This document shows positions 1-14,033 of a stretch of 64,000 nt of DNA, piece after piece. A program made the translations under genes and the position numbers. The notes beneath the pieces were generated by a model. It worked only from the letters and a program-made list of their open reading frames with translations. It ran no database searches and was not told the origin of the DNA. Source of the stretch: Gemmatimonadota bacterium (GTDB lineage: Bacteria > Gemmatimonadota > Gemmatimonadetes > Palauibacterales > Palauibacteraceae); contig OZ220691.1 of the NCBI GenBank assembly GCA_965116475.1, positions 3,040,001-3,104,000 on the forward strand, given 5' to 3'. Numbering within the stretch: position 1 is the stretch's first letter; each line of letters begins with the position of its first letter.

Positions 1-3000
1 GTGCATGAAACCTCGAAGCACCGGAAGAAGAAGAAGCTCAAGCGGCTCAAGGTGATCGACGCGATCCGCAACAGCGACGACGAAGTCTCCAAGCGGAACA
101 GCCCCGAGCACATGATCATGGACGTGATTCCGGTGATTCCGCCGGATCTGCGTCCCCTCGTCCCGCTGGACGGCGGCCGATTCGCGACATCGGACCTCAA
201 CGATCTCTACCGTCGCGTGATCAATCGGAACAACCGGCTCAAGAAGCTGCTGGAAATGCGCGCGCCGGAGGTGATCCTGCGCAACGAGAAGCGCATGCTC
301 CAGGAGGCGGTGGACGCGCTGTTCGACAACGGGCGGCGCGGCAAGGCGATTCGCGGAAGGGGCAAGCGACCGCTCAAGTCCCTGTCGGACATGCTCAAGG
401 GCAAACAGGGCCGGTTCCGGCAGAATCTGCTCGGAAAGCGCGTCGATTACTCCGGCCGGTCCGTCATCGTCGTGGGTCCGGAACTCCGTCTGCACCAGTG
501 CGGGCTCCCGAAGAAGATGGCCGTCGAGCTGTTCAAGCCGTTCATCGTCCACGAACTCGAGCGGCGGCTGCACGCCGAGACGGTGAAGCGCGCCAAGAAG
601 CTCGTCGAACTCGAAGACCCGACGGTCTACGAGGTCCTCGAGGACATCATCAAGGATCACCCGGTCCTCCTGAACCGGGCCCCGACGCTTCACCGGCTGG
701 GGATCCAGGCCTTCGAGCCCGTGCTCGTGGAGGGGAAGGCCATCCGCATTCACCCGCTCGTGTGCGCGGCGTTCAACGCGGACTTCGACGGCGACCAGAT
801 GGCGGTGCACGTTCCGCTGTCGTTCGAGTCGCAGCTCGAGGCGCGGATCCTCATGCTGTCGAGCAACAACATTCTGAAGCCCGCGAACGGCCGGCCGATC
901 GCCTCGCCGTCCCAGGACATGGTCCTCGGCTGCTACTACATGACGAAGGTCCGACCGGACTTCGACGAGCATGGGGCGGGGTCGGATCTCCCTCACTTCG
1001 CGAACGCGGATCAGGTTGAAATGGCGCTCGAGGCGGGATATCTGCGCTCGCCGGAAGGGACGCCGGACTACCACCTGCCGATTCGGCTGCTCGTCGAAGA
1101 AGAGGCCGACAACGGCCAGGTCGAGCGGGAGTGGGTCGTGACCAGCGTGGGACGGGCGCTGTTCAACGCGATCCTGCCCTCCCGGGTACCGTACGTGAAC
1201 GAAACGCTGGGCAAGGGCGCGCTGGGAGACCTCGTCTTCCGGTCGTTCCGTCTCGCGGGGCTCGAGGACACGACGGCGTTCCTCGATCAACTCAAGGACT
1301 TCGGGTTCCGCAACGCGACGAAGGCCGGCGTTTCCATCGGACTCGACGACATGGAGATCCCGGCCGAGAAGCAGGATATCCTCGGCGAGGCCCAGGAGGA
1401 CGTGAACCGGTTCACGAAGGCGTACCACCGCGGCGTGATCTCCTTCGGGGAACGGTACAACAAGGTGATCGATGCCTGGACCCACGCGAACAACGATGTC
1501 GCCGACGCGATGGTCCGCGGCCTCCAGCAATCGAGACACGGCTTCAATCCGATCTTCATGATGTTCGATTCGGGCGCCCGGGGTTCCCGCGACCAGATCC
1601 GCCAGCTCGCGGGGATGCGGGGTCTGATGGCCAAGCCCCAGAAGAAGTTGACCGGCGGCATCGGCGAGATCATCGAGAGCCCGATCCGTTCCAACTTCAG
1701 GGAGGGCCTCAGCGTGCTCGAGTACTTCATCTCGACGCACGGCGCGCGGAAGGGGCTCGCCGACACCGCCCTCAAGACGGCGGACGCCGGCTATCTCACG
1801 CGGCGGCTCGTCGACGTGGCGCAGGATGTCACGATCATCGAGGAAGACTGCAACACGGTCCTCGGTCTCGATGTGACGGCGCTCAAGGAGGGTGAGGACA
1901 TCATCGAGCCGCTGTCGGACCGTGTCGCCGGCAACATCGCGGCGGAAGCCGTGATCGACCCCATCGACGATGAAGTCATCGTCGAGGCCGGGGATATGAT
2001 CACGGAGGCCCGGGCCCGGGCCATCGATGAGAGCGGTGTCCAGCAGGTGCGCATCCGATCCGTCCTCACGTGCGAATCCCGGCGCGGCATCTGTCAGCAA
2101 TGCTACGGCCGCAATCTCGCGACGATGGAACTCGTCGATCTCGGGGAGGCGGCGGGGATTCTCGCCGCGCAGTCGATCGGCGAACCGGGGACGCAGCTTA
2201 CGCTCCGAACCTTCCATATCGGCGGGACGGCGGCACGCATCGCGGCGCAGACCCAGCGGCGCTCCAAGCTCGAAGGCCGGATCGCGTTCGAGCGCGTGAC
2301 GACGGTCACGAGTCCGTCAGGCGATACGATCGTCACCAGTCGCGAGGGCGAACTCCTCATGAAGACGCCGGACGACCGCATCCTTTCGCGGCTTGCCATC
2401 CCCTACGGGGCGACGCTCTTCGTCAAGGACGACACCGACGTGGCGCACGGGGATCTGCTCTTCGGCTGGGATCCGTACTCCGAACCCATCGTCGCGGACA
2501 AGAAAGGGAAGATCCGGTTCACGGACATCGTGCCGGAAGAAACGGTCCGCGAGGAACTCGACGAGGCGACGGGACGGCGTCAGCAGGTCATCATCGACGA
2601 CCGGGAGAAGAAGCTCCACCCCGTCATCAACATCGTGACGGGGAAGGGCGCCAAGCTGCGCGAGTTCATCGTGCCGGTCGGCACGCAGCTGCTCGTGCAG
2701 GATGGACAGGCCGTCAACGCGGGGGAGACGCTCGCCAAGATCAGCCGCGAGGCCTACAAGACGCGCGACATCACGGGTGGACTGCCGCGGGTCGCCGAGC
2801 TGTTCGAGGCGCGGAGGCCGAAGGATCCCGCGACGATTACCGAGGTCGACGGGCGCGTCTCGTTCGGCGGGATCAAGCGCGGGAAGCGCGAGATCATCGT
2901 GACCATGGATGACGGCGAGGAGATGGTGTACCAGATCCCCGTCGGCAAGCACCTTCGCGTGCACGAGGGAGACCTCGTGCGGGCGGGCGACCGGCTGTCC

Positions 3001-3633
3001 GAGGGTCCGGTGAATCCGCACGACATCCTGCGCGTCCGGGGGCCCCGGGCGGTGCAGGAGTATCTGCTCAACGAGATCCAGGAGGTCTACCGCCTGCAGG
3101 GCGTGCGGATCAACGACAAGCATATTGCGGTGATCGTGCGTCAGATGCTGCAGAAAGTCCGTATCACGGATCCGGGCGGCACGGAATTCCTCGAGGGCGA
3201 GCATGTGGACCGCATGGAGTTCCGCGACGCGACGCGCGAGGTGCTGGAGAGCGGAGGCAAGCCGCCGCGGGCGGAGCCGATCCTGCTCGGAATCACGAAG
3301 TCGAGCCTGACCACCGAGTCCTTCATCAGTGCGGCTTCCTTCCAGGAGACGACGCGCGTGCTTACGGACGCCGCCGTGCGTGGAGCGAAGGACCGCCTCA
3401 GGGGACTCAAGGAGAACATCATCATCGGGCATCTGGTCCCGGCGGGAACGGGGACGCACCGCTTCTCCGATATCGAATTCCTCGTGGACGACGCCCTGAA
3501 AGCGCAGATCGACTCCATGCGGCGCAGGGTCGTGCCCGAGGAGATGCCCCGGAGTCTCTTCTCGGACCTGCGGGACCAGGCCGAGGAAGACGAGGCCGCG
3601 GTGGCGGAGGAAGGCGCGGTCATGACGACCTGA
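1..3633 (+). CDS. rpoC: RNA polymerase beta' subunit (5' truncated by window edge)
   Basis: NADFDGDQM catalytic motif, [37 protein letters not shown]. Confidence 0.99.
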   Translation: MHETSKHRKKKKLKRLKVIDAIRNSDDEVSKRNSPEHMIMDVIPVIPPDLRPLVPLDGGRFATSDLNDLYRRVINRNNRLKKLLEMRAPEVILRNEKRMLQEAVDALFDNGRRGKAIRGRGKRPLKSLSDMLKGKQGRFRQNLLGKRVDYSGRSVIVVGPELRLHQCGLPKKMAVELFKPFIVHELERRLHAETVKRAKKLVELEDPTVYEVLEDIIKDHPVLLNRAPTLHRLGIQAFEPVLVEGKAIRIHPLVCAAFNADFDGDQMAVHVPLSFESQLEARILMLSSNNILKPANGRPIASPSQDMVLGCYYMTKVRPDFDEHGAGSDLPHFANADQVEMALEAGYLRSPEGTPDYHLPIRLLVEEEADNGQVEREWVVTSVGRALFNAILPSRVPYVNETLGKGALGDLVFRSFRLAGLEDTTAFLDQLKDFGFRNATKAGVSIGLDDMEIPAEKQDILGEAQEDVNRFTKAYHRGVISFGERYNKVIDAWTHANNDVADAMVRGLQQSRHGFNPIFMMFDSGARGSRDQIRQLAGMRGLMAKPQKKLTGGIGEIIESPIRSNFREGLSVLEYFISTHGARKGLADTALKTADAGYLTRRLVDVAQDVTIIEEDCNTVLGLDVTALKEGEDIIEPLSDRVAGNIAAEAVIDPIDDEVIVEAGDMITEARARAIDESGVQQVRIRSVLTCESRRGICQQCYGRNLATMELVDLGEAAGILAAQSIGEPGTQLTLRTFHIGGTAARIAAQTQRRSKLEGRIAFERVTTVTSPSGDTIVTSREGELLMKTPDDRILSRLAIPYGATLFVKDDTDVAHGDLLFGWDPYSEPIVADKKGKIRFTDIVPEETVREELDEATGRRQQVIIDDREKKLHPVINIVTGKGAKLREFIVPVGTQLLVQDGQAVNAGETLAKISREAYKTRDITGGLPRVAELFEARRPKDPATITEVDGRVSFGGIKRGKREIIVTMDDGEEMVYQIPVGKHLRVHEGDLVRAGDRLSEGPVNPHDILRVRGPRAVQEYLLNEIQEVYRLQGVRINDKHIAVIVRQMLQKVRITDPGGTEFLEGEHVDRMEFRDATREVLESGGKPPRAEPILLGITKSSLTTESFISAASFQETTRVLTDAAVRGAKDRLRGLKENIIIGHLVPAGTGTHRFSDIEFLVDDALKAQIDSMRRRVVPEEMPRSLFSDLRDQAEEDEAAVAEEGAVMTT

Positions 3634-3704
3634 CGTCCGTCCGACGCCGAAGCAGGGGGTGCGTTTACGGGATCTCCGCGCCCCCTCCCGGCGACGGAAG
3701 TTGC

Positions 3705-3733
3705 TTGACACGGAGAGGCTTCAAGACTACTCT
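3705..3733 (+). promoter_or_regulatory. sigma70-type promoter upstream of rpsL
   Basis: TTGACA (3705-3710), 17-nt spacer, TACTCT (3728-3733). Confidence 0.75.
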
Positions 3734-3768
3734 CTCTTGTCTGTCGACCGACCGGTCGGCAGTCGCCG

Positions 3769-3801
3769 CGGGGGCGGTTCGGATCCGTCCCCGATTTTTT
3801 T
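3769..3801 (+). terminator. intrinsic terminator-like hairpin in the rpsL leader
   Basis: CGGGGGCGG-TTCGGAT-CCGTCCCCG stem (one G-U pair) followed by ATTTTTTT. Confidence 0.7.
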
Positions 3802-3871
3802 ACCCCCAACGGCCGGGCCCCGAGTTCGGTGATCGGCGCACCGGTGCGGCCGAAGGGAGCGATGGAGCGGA

Positions 3872-4243
3872 ATGCCGACCATCAATCAACTGGTCCGCAA
3901 GGGCCGCAGGAAGGTCCGGAAGAAGAGCAAGGCGCCGGCGCTGGAGGGGAACCCCCAGAAGCGCGGCGTGTGCACGCGCGTGTACACCACGACGCCGAAG
4001 AAGCCGAATTCGGCCCTGCGGAAGGTCGCCCGCGTGCGACTCACGAACGGATACGAAGTCACCGCGTACATCGGAGGCGAGGGCCACAACCTCCAGGAAC
4101 ACAGCATCGTGCTGATCCGGGGCGGACGGGTGAAGGACCTGCCGGGCGTGCGGTATCACATCATCCGCGGGACCCTCGACGCGTCGGGCGTGGACGACAG
4201 GAACCAGGGCCGGTCGAAGTACGGTTCGAAGAAGAGGAAATAG
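3872..4243 (+). CDS. rpsL: 30S ribosomal protein uS12
   Basis: [34 protein letters not shown]. Confidence 0.99.
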   Translation: MPTINQLVRKGRRKVRKKSKAPALEGNPQKRGVCTRVYTTTPKKPNSALRKVARVRLTNGYEVTAYIGGEGHNLQEHSIVLIRGGRVKDLPGVRYHIIRGTLDASGVDDRNQGRSKYGSKKRK

Positions 4244-4267
4244 CTCGGGATCCTGCGGAAATTCGAG

Positions 4268-4343
4268 CGGGCCGAACACCGTTGGGCCCGGCCTCGGAGT
4301 CCGTGGCCGGGCTTTATTGCGAAGTCTCCGGATGAACCCGGAG
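4268..4343 (+). promoter_or_regulatory. structured rpsL-rpsG intercistronic RNA (candidate uS7-responsive element)
   Basis: Overlapping inverted repeats 4268-4290 and 4286-4312 (+TTTATT), plus hairpin CTCCGG/CCGGAG at 4326-4343. Confidence 0.45.
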
Positions 4344-4362
4344 CCGGATATGGCGAAACGAG

Positions 4363-4833
4363 ATGTCACGACGAAACCGTGCCGAACAGCGTGAAGTGAT
4401 TCCGGACTCCCGATACGGGAGCACGGAGGTCACGAAGTTCATCAACATGCTGATGCTGGACGGAAAGAAGTCCCTCGCCGAGCGGATCTTCTACGATGCG
4501 ATGCAGAACATCGAAATGAAGACCGGGCAGCCGGCGATGAACGTGTTTCGGCAGGCGCTGCAGAACGCGAAGCCCATTCTCGAGGTTCGCAGTCGGCGCG
4601 TCGGTGGCGCGACGTACCAGGTTCCGATGGAAGTGTCGTACCGGCGGCGCGACTCGCTCGCACGCCGATGGCTCGTGCAGTACTCGCGCGCCCGCTCCGG
4701 CAAGACGATGGCGCAGCGCCTCGCCGGCGAACTGCTCGACGCCGCTCGCGGCGACGGAGGCGCGGTGAGGAAGAAGGAGGACGTGCACCGGATGGCGGAC
4801 GCGAACAAGGCGTTCGCGCACTACCGCTGGTGA
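4363..4833 (+). CDS. rpsG: 30S ribosomal protein uS7
   Basis: EVRSRRVGGATYQVP, HRMADANKAFAHYRW. Confidence 0.99.
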   Translation: MSRRNRAEQREVIPDSRYGSTEVTKFINMLMLDGKKSLAERIFYDAMQNIEMKTGQPAMNVFRQALQNAKPILEVRSRRVGGATYQVPMEVSYRRRDSLARRWLVQYSRARSGKTMAQRLAGELLDAARGDGGAVRKKEDVHRMADANKAFAHYRW

Positions 4834-4885
4834 TGAGTCCGTCCGGCACCCGAGGCTCGACAGATAGAGATCAATAGATCGACTC

Positions 4886-6982
4886 ATGGAGAGAAGAACG
4901 CCGCTCGAGCGGCTTCGGAATATCGGCATCATGGCGCACATCGATGCCGGAAAGACGACGACGACCGAACGGGTGCTGTTCTACACCGGCCGGACGCATC
5001 GCCTGGGCGAAGTGCATCACGGCGACGCGACGATGGACTGGATGGAGCAGGAGCAGGAACGCGGCATCACGATTACGTCGGCCGCCACCACCTGTAACTG
5101 GACGCACGACGGCGAACCCTACCGTATCAACATCATCGACACGCCGGGGCACGTCGACTTCACCGTGGAGGTGGAGCGCAGCCTCCGCGTGCTCGACGGC
5201 GCCGTGGCTCTCTTCTGCGCCGTCGGCGGCGTGGAACCGCAATCCGAGACGGTATGGCGGCAGGCCGACAAGTACGGTGTCCCGCGCATCGCGTTCGTCA
5301 ACAAGATGGACCGCGTCGGCGCCGACTTCATGAACGTCGTCCGGATGATGCGCGACCGCCTGGGCGCGAACGCGCAGCCGCTTCAGATCCCTCTCGGCGA
5401 GGGTGAACTCTATACGGGCATGGTGGACCTCATTCGCGAGGTCAAGGTCGTCTACGACGATGAGTCTCTGGGCGCGCGCTGGACCGAAGGCCCGGTGCCG
5501 GACGCCCTCGCGGACCAGGTGGCGGAGCTGCGGAACTCCCTCATCGAGGCCGCGGTGGAATACGACGAACCCATGCTCGAGAAGTACCTCGAAGGCGAAG
5601 AACTCACCGAGGCTGAAATCCGCGGCGCGGTGCGGAAGGCGACGCTGGCCAACGGGATCACGCCGATCCTGTGTGGCTCCGCCTTCAAGAACAAAGGCGT
5701 ACAGCGCCTGCTCGACGCCGTGATCGACTTCCTCCCCTCTCCTCTCGATGTCCCGCCCGTCACCGGCCACCTCCCGCAGCAGGACGAGACGGAGGTCGAG
5801 CGTGCGGCCGACGAAGAGGCGCCGTTTGCGGCCCTCGCGTTCAAGATCGCGACCGATCCGTACGTGGGGCGTCTGACCTACTTCAGAGTTTATTCCGGGA
5901 CGGCGAAAGCCGGCTCGAAGGCGCTGAATTCGTCCAGAGGACGGAAGGAGCGCTTCGGGCGGTTGCTCCAGATGCACGCGAACAAGCGCGAGGAGCGCGA
6001 CGAGGTGTTCGCCGGCGACATCGCGGCCGCGATCGGACTCAAGCATACGCGGACGGGAGATACGCTCTCGTCGGCGACCGATCCGATCGTGCTCGAGTCG
6101 ATGAGCTTCCCCGAGCCCGTGATCCGCGTGGCGATCGAGCCCCGGACGAAAGCGGACCAGGAGAAGCTGTCGGGGGCGCTCGGGAAGCTGGCCGAGGAAG
6201 ATCCGACATTCCGCGTGTACACCGACGATGAGACGGGGCAGACGATCATCAGCGGGATGGGCGAACTCCATCTCGAGATCATCGTCGACCGGCTCCAGCG
6301 CGAGTTCAGGGTCAACGCGAACGTCGGGCGTCCGCAGGTGGCCTATCGCGAGACGATCCGCAAGGCCGTCCGCAAGGTGGAAGGCCGCTTCGTCCGGCAG
6401 TCCGGCGGCCGCGGGCAGTTCGGGCACGTGATCATCAACCTCGAGCCCACGGATCCCGGCGGCGGCTTCATCTTCGACTCCGAGATCCGGGGCGGAAACG
6501 TGCCCCGCGAGTACGTGCTCTCGGTCGAACAGGGGATTCGCGAGGCACTGGATTCCGGGATCGTCGCCGGCTACCCGATCATCGACATCAAGGCCACCCT
6601 GATCGACGGCTCCTACCACGAGGTTGATTCCAGCGAGATGGCCTTCAAGATCGCGGGCTCGATCGCGCTCAAGGAAGGCGCGCGCAAGGCGCAGCCGGTG
6701 CTGCTCGAGCCCGTCATGAACGTGGAGGTCGTGACACCCGACGACTATCTCGGGGATGTGATGGGAGACCTCTCCAGTCGGCGGGGCAAGATCGGCGGCA
6801 TGACGCAGCGTTCGTCGGCCCAGGTCGTCGGGGCGTCCGTGCCGCTCTCGGAGATGTTCGGCTATGCGACCTCGTTGCGTTCGATCAGCCAGGGTCGCGC
6901 GGTCTACACCATGCAGTTTTCGCACTACGAGGAAGTTCCCGGCTCCAAGACGGCGGAGATCGTCTCCGCCAACGGTTCGTAG
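4886..6982 (+). CDS. fusA: elongation factor G
   Basis: [31 protein letters not shown]; str operon position. Confidence 0.99.
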   Translation: MERRTPLERLRNIGIMAHIDAGKTTTTERVLFYTGRTHRLGEVHHGDATMDWMEQEQERGITITSAATTCNWTHDGEPYRINIIDTPGHVDFTVEVERSLRVLDGAVALFCAVGGVEPQSETVWRQADKYGVPRIAFVNKMDRVGADFMNVVRMMRDRLGANAQPLQIPLGEGELYTGMVDLIREVKVVYDDESLGARWTEGPVPDALADQVAELRNSLIEAAVEYDEPMLEKYLEGEELTEAEIRGAVRKATLANGITPILCGSAFKNKGVQRLLDAVIDFLPSPLDVPPVTGHLPQQDETEVERAADEEAPFAALAFKIATDPYVGRLTYFRVYSGTAKAGSKALNSSRGRKERFGRLLQMHANKREERDEVFAGDIAAAIGLKHTRTGDTLSSATDPIVLESMSFPEPVIRVAIEPRTKADQEKLSGALGKLAEEDPTFRVYTDDETGQTIISGMGELHLEIIVDRLQREFRVNANVGRPQVAYRETIRKAVRKVEGRFVRQSGGRGQFGHVIINLEPTDPGGGFIFDSEIRGGNVPREYVLSVEQGIREALDSGIVAGYPIIDIKATLIDGSYHEVDSSEMAFKIAGSIALKEGARKAQPVLLEPVMNVEVVTPDDYLGDVMGDLSSRRGKIGGMTQRSSAQVVGASVPLSEMFGYATSLRSISQGRAVYTMQFSHYEEVPGSKTAEIVSANGS

Positions 6983-7043
6983 GACGGCGCGAAGGGCCCG
7001 TCCGCGAGCAGGCCGCAGACGAGACACAGGAGAACGAGGGGCG

Positions 7044-8237
<1,194 letters not shown>

Positions 8238-8271
8238 CGGACAGCCCCGGAAAACGAGACGGCGCACGGAT

Positions 8272-8580
8272 ATGGCGCAGAAGATTCGGATTCGGCTGAA
8301 GGCATTCGATCCAGCCGTGATCGACCAGACGGCGGCGGACATCGTTCGGACCGCGCAGAAGACCGGTGCGTCCGTCAGCGGGCCGATCCCGCTTCCGACG
8401 CGCCGCCAGCTGTTCACGGTCCTGCGAAGTCCTCACGTGGACAAGAAGTCGCGGGAACAGTTCGAACTGAAGACGCACAAGCGGCTCATCGATATCCACG
8501 ACTCCCGTCCGCAGACGATCGACGCGCTGACGAAGCTGGATCTCGCCGCCGGCGTCGACGTGGAAATCAAAGTCGAGTAG
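8272..8580 (+). CDS. rpsJ: 30S ribosomal protein uS10
   Basis: [31 protein letters not shown]. Confidence 0.99.
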   Translation: MAQKIRIRLKAFDPAVIDQTAADIVRTAQKTGASVSGPIPLPTRRQLFTVLRSPHVDKKSREQFELKTHKRLIDIHDSRPQTIDALTKLDLAAGVDVEIKVE

Positions 8581-8584
8581 CGAG

Positions 8585-9208
8585 ATGCCCGGGTTGATCG
8601 GCCGCAAAATCGGCATGACGCAGATCTTTGACGACGACGGGAAGGCCGTCGGTGTCACCGTGCTGGAAGTCGGACCCTGTCCGGTCGTCCAGATCAAGAC
8701 CTCCGAGCGCGACGGCTACGAAGCCGTGCAGCTGGGCTTCGGCCGCGTGAAGGAAGGACGCGCGCGGAAGCCGGCCGCGGGCCACGCGGCGCGCGCCGGC
8801 CTCGACTACGTACCGCGCGTCCTCGCCGAGTTCGACTTCGAGGGCGAGAAGCTCGAACCGGGCCAGGAACTCACGGTCGACATGTTCGATGTCGGATCGC
8901 GGGTAAACGTGACGGGGACGACCAAGGGTCGCGGGTTCCAGGGCGTCGTGAAGCGGCACGGCTTCGGCGGCGGTCACGGCTCCCACGGCGGCACGTCCGT
9001 TCTCAGGGCTCCCGGCTCGATCGGGGCCGGCACGGACCCGTCCCGGGTGATCAAGGGGCGGAAGATGGCCGGCCGCATGGGGGGGACGCAGCGCACGGCG
9101 ATGAGCCGGAAGATCATTCGGGTCGACGCACAAAAGAACCTCCTGATCGTTCAGGGTTCCGTCCCGGGCGGGCGAAACAACCTCGTCATGGTGAGGCCGG
9201 GCCGATGA
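8585..9208 (+). CDS. rplC: 50S ribosomal protein uL3
   Basis: [25 protein letters not shown]10 operon order. Confidence 0.99.
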   Translation: MPGLIGRKIGMTQIFDDDGKAVGVTVLEVGPCPVVQIKTSERDGYEAVQLGFGRVKEGRARKPAAGHAARAGLDYVPRVLAEFDFEGEKLEPGQELTVDMFDVGSRVNVTGTTKGRGFQGVVKRHGFGGGHGSHGGTSVLRAPGSIGAGTDPSRVIKGRKMAGRMGGTQRTAMSRKIIRVDAQKNLLIVQGSVPGGRNNLVMVRPGR

Positions 9209-9840
9209 AAGTCCCGACGTACAGTTCCGACGGCACGGCTGGGGCCGAGCGGGCTCTGCCCGAGACGCCGTTCGACGGCATGGTCAACGAGGACGTGCTC
9301 CATCAGGTCGTCACCGCCGTGCTCGCGAACCGCCGACAGGGGACGGCGTCGACGAAGACCCGGTCGACCGTTCACGGAGGATCGCGGAAGCCTTGGCGAC
9401 AGAAGGGGACGGGCCGCGCCCGGGCCGGCTCGATCCGTTCGGCGCTGTGGCGCGGCGGTTCGGTCGTCTTCGGCCCGCAGCCGCGCTCCTATCGGGTGCG
9501 CGTCCCGAAGCGGATCCGTCGGTTGGCCATCCGTTCCGCACTCAACACGAGAGCCATGAACGGCGATCTCGCGCTTATCGAACCTCTGGATTTCGATCCG
9601 CCGAAGACCCGGCGCGTCGCCGCTCTGCTGGCCAGCATCGGCCGCAAGTCGGAAAACGTCCTTCTCCTTACGGCCGGTCACAAACCCGACGTCCACCTCT
9701 CGGCGAGAAACCTGCCCGGCGTGCGGGTGCTTCCATGGGGAGCGGCGTCTGCGTACGACATCCTCTGGTCCGACCTGGTACTCGTCGAGTCGTCCGCCTT
9801 CGAGGCGGCCGGGGACTCCGACGGGGGAGGTGACGCATGA
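9205..9840 (+). CDS. rplD: 50S ribosomal protein uL4
   Basis: RQGTASTKTR, KPWRQKGTGRARAGS. Confidence 0.99.
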   Translation: MKVPTYSSDGTAGAERALPETPFDGMVNEDVLHQVVTAVLANRRQGTASTKTRSTVHGGSRKPWRQKGTGRARAGSIRSALWRGGSVVFGPQPRSYRVRVPKRIRRLAIRSALNTRAMNGDLALIEPLDFDPPKTRRVAALLASIGRKSENVLLLTAGHKPDVHLSARNLPGVRVLPWGAASAYDILWSDLVLVESSAFEAAGDSDGGGDA

Positions 9841-10193
9841 CGCGCGCGCCGAACGAGGTCATCCTGCGTCCGCTCTTCACGGAGAAGACATCCACCAGCC
9901 TTCAGTCCGAGGGGACCGACGGCGTGGGACGGCGTCTCCAGGCACGGATCGACCGCGGCGAGCTGGAACCGCGTCCCAAGTACACCTTCGAGGTGGCGCC
10001 GGACGCGAACAAGATCGAGATCCGCCGCGCCTTCGAGGCGATCTTCGAGGGACGGCGAGTCACCTCCGTACGCACGATGAACGTGCGGGGGAAGAAGAAG
10101 CGCATGGGGCGGACGATGGGCCGCAGGCCGCACTGGAAGAAGGCGATCATCGAAGTCGCGGATGGTCCGGTCGACGTGCTGGAGGGAGCCTGA
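9837..10193 (+). CDS. rplW: 50S ribosomal protein uL23 (with about 20 aa insertion)
   Basis: RPLFTEKT, KYTFEV, ANKIEI, WKKAII; lies between rplD and rplB. Confidence 0.96.
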   Translation: MTRAPNEVILRPLFTEKTSTSLQSEGTDGVGRRLQARIDRGELEPRPKYTFEVAPDANKIEIRRAFEAIFEGRRVTSVRTMNVRGKKKRMGRTMGRRPHWKKAIIEVADGPVDVLEGA

Positions 10194-10196
10194 TCG

Positions 10197-11036
<840 letters not shown>

Positions 11037-11050
11037 GAGCGGGAGATCCG

Positions 11051-11335
11051 ATGCCGAGAAGCGTGCGAAAGGGACCGTACATCGACGAGAAGCTGCTGAT
11101 GAAGGTGCAGCGGATGAACGATTCCGGAGACAAGTCGGTCATCAAGACGTGGGCCAGAGCTTCGACCATCAGCCCGGATTTCGTCGGACACACGCTGGCT
11201 GTGCACAACGGCAACAAGTTCATCCCGGTCTACGTGACGGAGAACATGGTGGGGCACAAGCTCGGAGAGTTCGCTACGACGCGAACCTTCCGGGGGCACG
11301 CCGGTTCCGCGCGGGACCGGAGGGGCAGAGTCTGA
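11051..11335 (+). CDS. rpsS: 30S ribosomal protein uS19
   Basis: [36 protein letters not shown] at 11051. Confidence 0.99.
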   Translation: MPRSVRKGPYIDEKLLMKVQRMNDSGDKSVIKTWARASTISPDFVGHTLAVHNGNKFIPVYVTENMVGHKLGEFATTRTFRGHAGSARDRRGRV

Positions 11336-11685
11336 TGCAGGCGACAGCCAGGGCGAAGAATCTCGGCATGTCCGCCCGGAAGATGCGTCTGGTCATCGAC
11401 CAGATTCGAGGGCGAGACGTCAACGAGGCCTACGCCATCCTGCGATTCTCGAAGAAGAAGGCGGCACGCTCCATCGGCAAGGTGCTCCGCTCGGCCGTCG
11501 CCAATGCCGTCTACAGGGCGGACGAGGGCGGGGAAACGCTGGACGTGGATGAACTCTATGTGCGCGAGGCGTACGTGGACGAAGGCAGGACACTCCGACG
11601 CTGGCGGGCACGCGCCTACGGAAGGGCGACCCCCCGGCTCAAGCGGAGCAGTCATGTGACGGTCGTCGTGGACACGAGAGACTAA
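11335..11685 (+). CDS. rplV: 50S ribosomal protein uL22
   Basis: [35 protein letters not shown] overlaps the rpsS stop. Confidence 0.98.
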   Translation: MQATARAKNLGMSARKMRLVIDQIRGRDVNEAYAILRFSKKKAARSIGKVLRSAVANAVYRADEGGETLDVDELYVREAYVDEGRTLRRWRARAYGRATPRLKRSSHVTVVVDTRD

Positions 11686-12374
11686 TGGGCCAGAAGACAC
11701 ACCCGTACGGATTCAGGCTCGGCGCGGTGAAGCCGTGGCGGTCGCGCTGGTACGCGCAGGGCAAGGAGTTCCCGAAGCTCCTCGCGGAAGACGAGAAGCT
11801 GCGGAAGTATCTGCAGGCGCGGCTCGGGCACGCGGCGATCGCACAGGTGGAGATCGAGCGCAAGCCGTCCAAGATTGTCGTTACGATCCACACGGGTCGT
11901 CCCGGCGTCGTCATCGGCAAGCGCGGAGCCGAGGTCGACAAGCTGCGTGACGAACTTGCCCTGCTGACGGAGGCGGAGGTTTCCGTCAACGTCGAGGAGA
12001 TTCGACGTCCGGAGACCCAGGCTCAGCTCGTGGCGGACAACGTGGCCCATCAGCTGACGCAGCGGATCAGCTTCCGGCGCGCGATGAAGCGGGCCGTGCA
12101 GGCGGCGATGCGGGCCGGAGCCGGCGGCATCCGCATTCAGTGCGGCGGGCGGCTCGGCGGGGCCGAGATTGCGCGCTCCGAGGGCTATCACGAAGGACGC
12201 GTGCCGCTGCACACATTGCGCGCCGACATCGACTACGCCGAGCGACAGGCCCGAACGACGTTCGGCACGATCGGCGTGAAGGTGTGGATTTTCCACGGCG
12301 AGATCGTGGAGGACCGCCGTGGTCAGACGTACACCGCGGGCGGTCGCCGACGCGCGGGCCGCGGACGAGGATAG
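11685..12374 (+). CDS. rpsC: 30S ribosomal protein uS3
   Basis: [37 protein letters not shown]. Confidence 0.99.
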   Translation: MGQKTHPYGFRLGAVKPWRSRWYAQGKEFPKLLAEDEKLRKYLQARLGHAAIAQVEIERKPSKIVVTIHTGRPGVVIGKRGAEVDKLRDELALLTEAEVSVNVEEIRRPETQAQLVADNVAHQLTQRISFRRAMKRAVQAAMRAGAGGIRIQCGGRLGGAEIARSEGYHEGRVPLHTLRADIDYAERQARTTFGTIGVKVWIFHGEIVEDRRGQTYTAGGRRRAGRGRG

Positions 12375-12380
12375 AGACAC

Positions 12381-12791
12381 ATGCTGCAACCGAAGCGGAT
12401 CAAGTACCGGAAACAGCAGAAGGGACGCATGCGCGGTGCGGCGCGTCGCGGGAACAAGGTCTCGTTCGGAGACTACGCGCTTCAGGCCGTGGAACCGGGC
12501 TGGATCACGAACCGTCAGATCGAAGCCGCTCGAGTCGCGATGACGCGGCACATCAAGCGTGGCGGAAAGGTCTGGATCCGCATCTTTCCGGATAAGCCGC
12601 TCACGCAGAAGCCTGCCGAGACCCGGATGGGGAAGGGTAAGGGGAACCCCGAATACTGGGTTGCGCCGGTGAAGCCGGGCCGCGTGATGTTCGAGCTCGA
12701 GGGCGTCGACATCGAACTCGCACGGCGGGCGATGCAACTGGCGTCGGCGAAGCTTCCGGTCAAGACACGCTTCCTGGAGCGGGAGGACTAG
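12381..12791 (+). CDS. rplP: 50S ribosomal protein uL16
   Basis: [18 protein letters not shown]. Confidence 0.99.
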   Translation: MLQPKRIKYRKQQKGRMRGAARRGNKVSFGDYALQAVEPGWITNRQIEAARVAMTRHIKRGGKVWIRIFPDKPLTQKPAETRMGKGKGNPEYWVAPVKPGRVMFELEGVDIELARRAMQLASAKLPVKTRFLERED

Positions 12792-12797
12792 CAGCCG

Positions 12798-13007
12798 ATG
12801 GACGCGATGGAGATTCGCGAATTCACCGACGAGGAACTCGCCGAGGAACTCACGCGCGCGAAGGACGAAATCGCTCGTTTGCGCTACCGGACCGCGTTCG
12901 AGGAACTTGAGAACCCGTCGCTCCTGAAGACGTTGCGTCGCGAGATCGCACGGTTGAAGACAGTGCAGGTCGAGCGGGCGCGTAACGAGGAGAAGCAGGT
13001 TGGCTGA
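12798..13007 (+). CDS. rpmC: 50S ribosomal protein uL29
   Basis: [20 protein letters not shown]; operon position. Confidence 0.97.
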   Translation: MDAMEIREFTDEELAEELTRAKDEIARLRYRTAFEELENPSLLKTLRREIARLKTVQVERARNEEKQVG

Positions 13008-13269
13008 TCAATCGGCGACGAAGGGCCGACGCAAGGTGCGGCTCGGCACGGTCGTGAGCGACCGCATGGAAAAGACCGTCGTGGTGTCCGTCGAGCGGCG
13101 GCTCGCGCACCCGCTGTACGGCAAGCAGGTAAGCCGCGGCAAGAGGTACCAGGCACACGACGAAGAGAACGAATACCGGGTAGGTGACGTGGTCCGGATC
13201 GAAGAGACCCGTCCGCTCTCCAGGCTCAAGCGCTGGCGCGTGCTCGAGCTGGTCCAGCGCCCGGAGTAA
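13000..13269 (+). CDS. rpsQ: 30S ribosomal protein uS17
   Basis: [29 protein letters not shown] start. Confidence 0.98.
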   Translation: MADQSATKGRRKVRLGTVVSDRMEKTVVVSVERRLAHPLYGKQVSRGKRYQAHDEENEYRVGDVVRIEETRPLSRLKRWRVLELVQRPE

Positions 13270-13284
13270 CGGGGGCACGACGAG

Positions 13285-13653
13285 ATGATTCAGCAGGAAT
13301 CGATGGTCCGCATCGCGGACAATTCCGGTGCCCGCCGGGCCCTCTGCATACGGGTCCTCGGCGGGTCGCGCCGCCGGTACGCCCGCGTGGGCGACGTGAT
13401 CGTCGCGACGATCAAGGACGCGACCCCGCACGGGAACGTGAAGAAAGGCGAGGTGGTTCGCGCCGTCGTCGTGCGAACGGCGAAGGAGAGCCGGCGGCGC
13501 GATGGCAGCTACATCCGTTTCGATGAGAACGCGGCGGTGATCATCAACGACGCGGGCGAGCCGACCGCGACACGTATTTTCGGGCCGGTGGCGCGTGAAC
13601 TCCGCGAGAAGAGGTTCATGAAGATCGTGTCGCTCGCCCCCGAAGTGATCTGA
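13285..13653 (+). CDS. rplN: 50S ribosomal protein uL14
   Basis: [26 protein letters not shown]. Confidence 0.99.
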   Translation: MIQQESMVRIADNSGARRALCIRVLGGSRRRYARVGDVIVATIKDATPHGNVKKGEVVRAVVVRTAKESRRRDGSYIRFDENAAVIINDAGEPTATRIFGPVARELREKRFMKIVSLAPEVI

Positions 13654-13681
13654 GCGCCGCGCACGAGGATCTGAATCGAAG

Positions 13682-14029
13682 ATGACACGGAAGAAACTGA
13701 ACGTGAGAGCCGGCGACACGGTTCGGGTGATCGCGGGCAACTACGTCGGCGCCCAGGGCCAGGTGCTGCGCACGATCCCTTCGCGGGGACTGGTCGTGGT
13801 GCAGGACGTCAACATGCGCAAGCATCACAAGCGTCCCGTGGCCAACGCGAGGGGCGGGGTCACGGAAGGCGGCATCGTCACCCACGAAGAGCCGATCAGC
13901 GTTTCGAACGTGATGCTGCTGTGTCCCCAGTGCGACGAGCCGGCGCGGGTGCGCCGCCAGCGTGACGCGGACGGCACGATCGAGCGGATCTGCAAGCGTT
14001 GTGACTACCCCATCCCGACGGCGGGCTAG
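13682..14029 (+). CDS. rplX: 50S ribosomal protein uL24
   Basis: KOW motif [17 protein letters not shown]-terminal CPQC..CKRC. Confidence 0.97.
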   Translation: MTRKKLNVRAGDTVRVIAGNYVGAQGQVLRTIPSRGLVVVQDVNMRKHHKRPVANARGGVTEGGIVTHEEPISVSNVMLLCPQCDEPARVRRQRDADGTIERICKRCDYPIPTAG

Positions 14030-14033
14030 CAGC

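Noticed and set aside
3872..4243. Streptomycin-resistance substitutions in uS12
   Set aside because: The PKKPNSA and RVKDLPG motifs are wild type.
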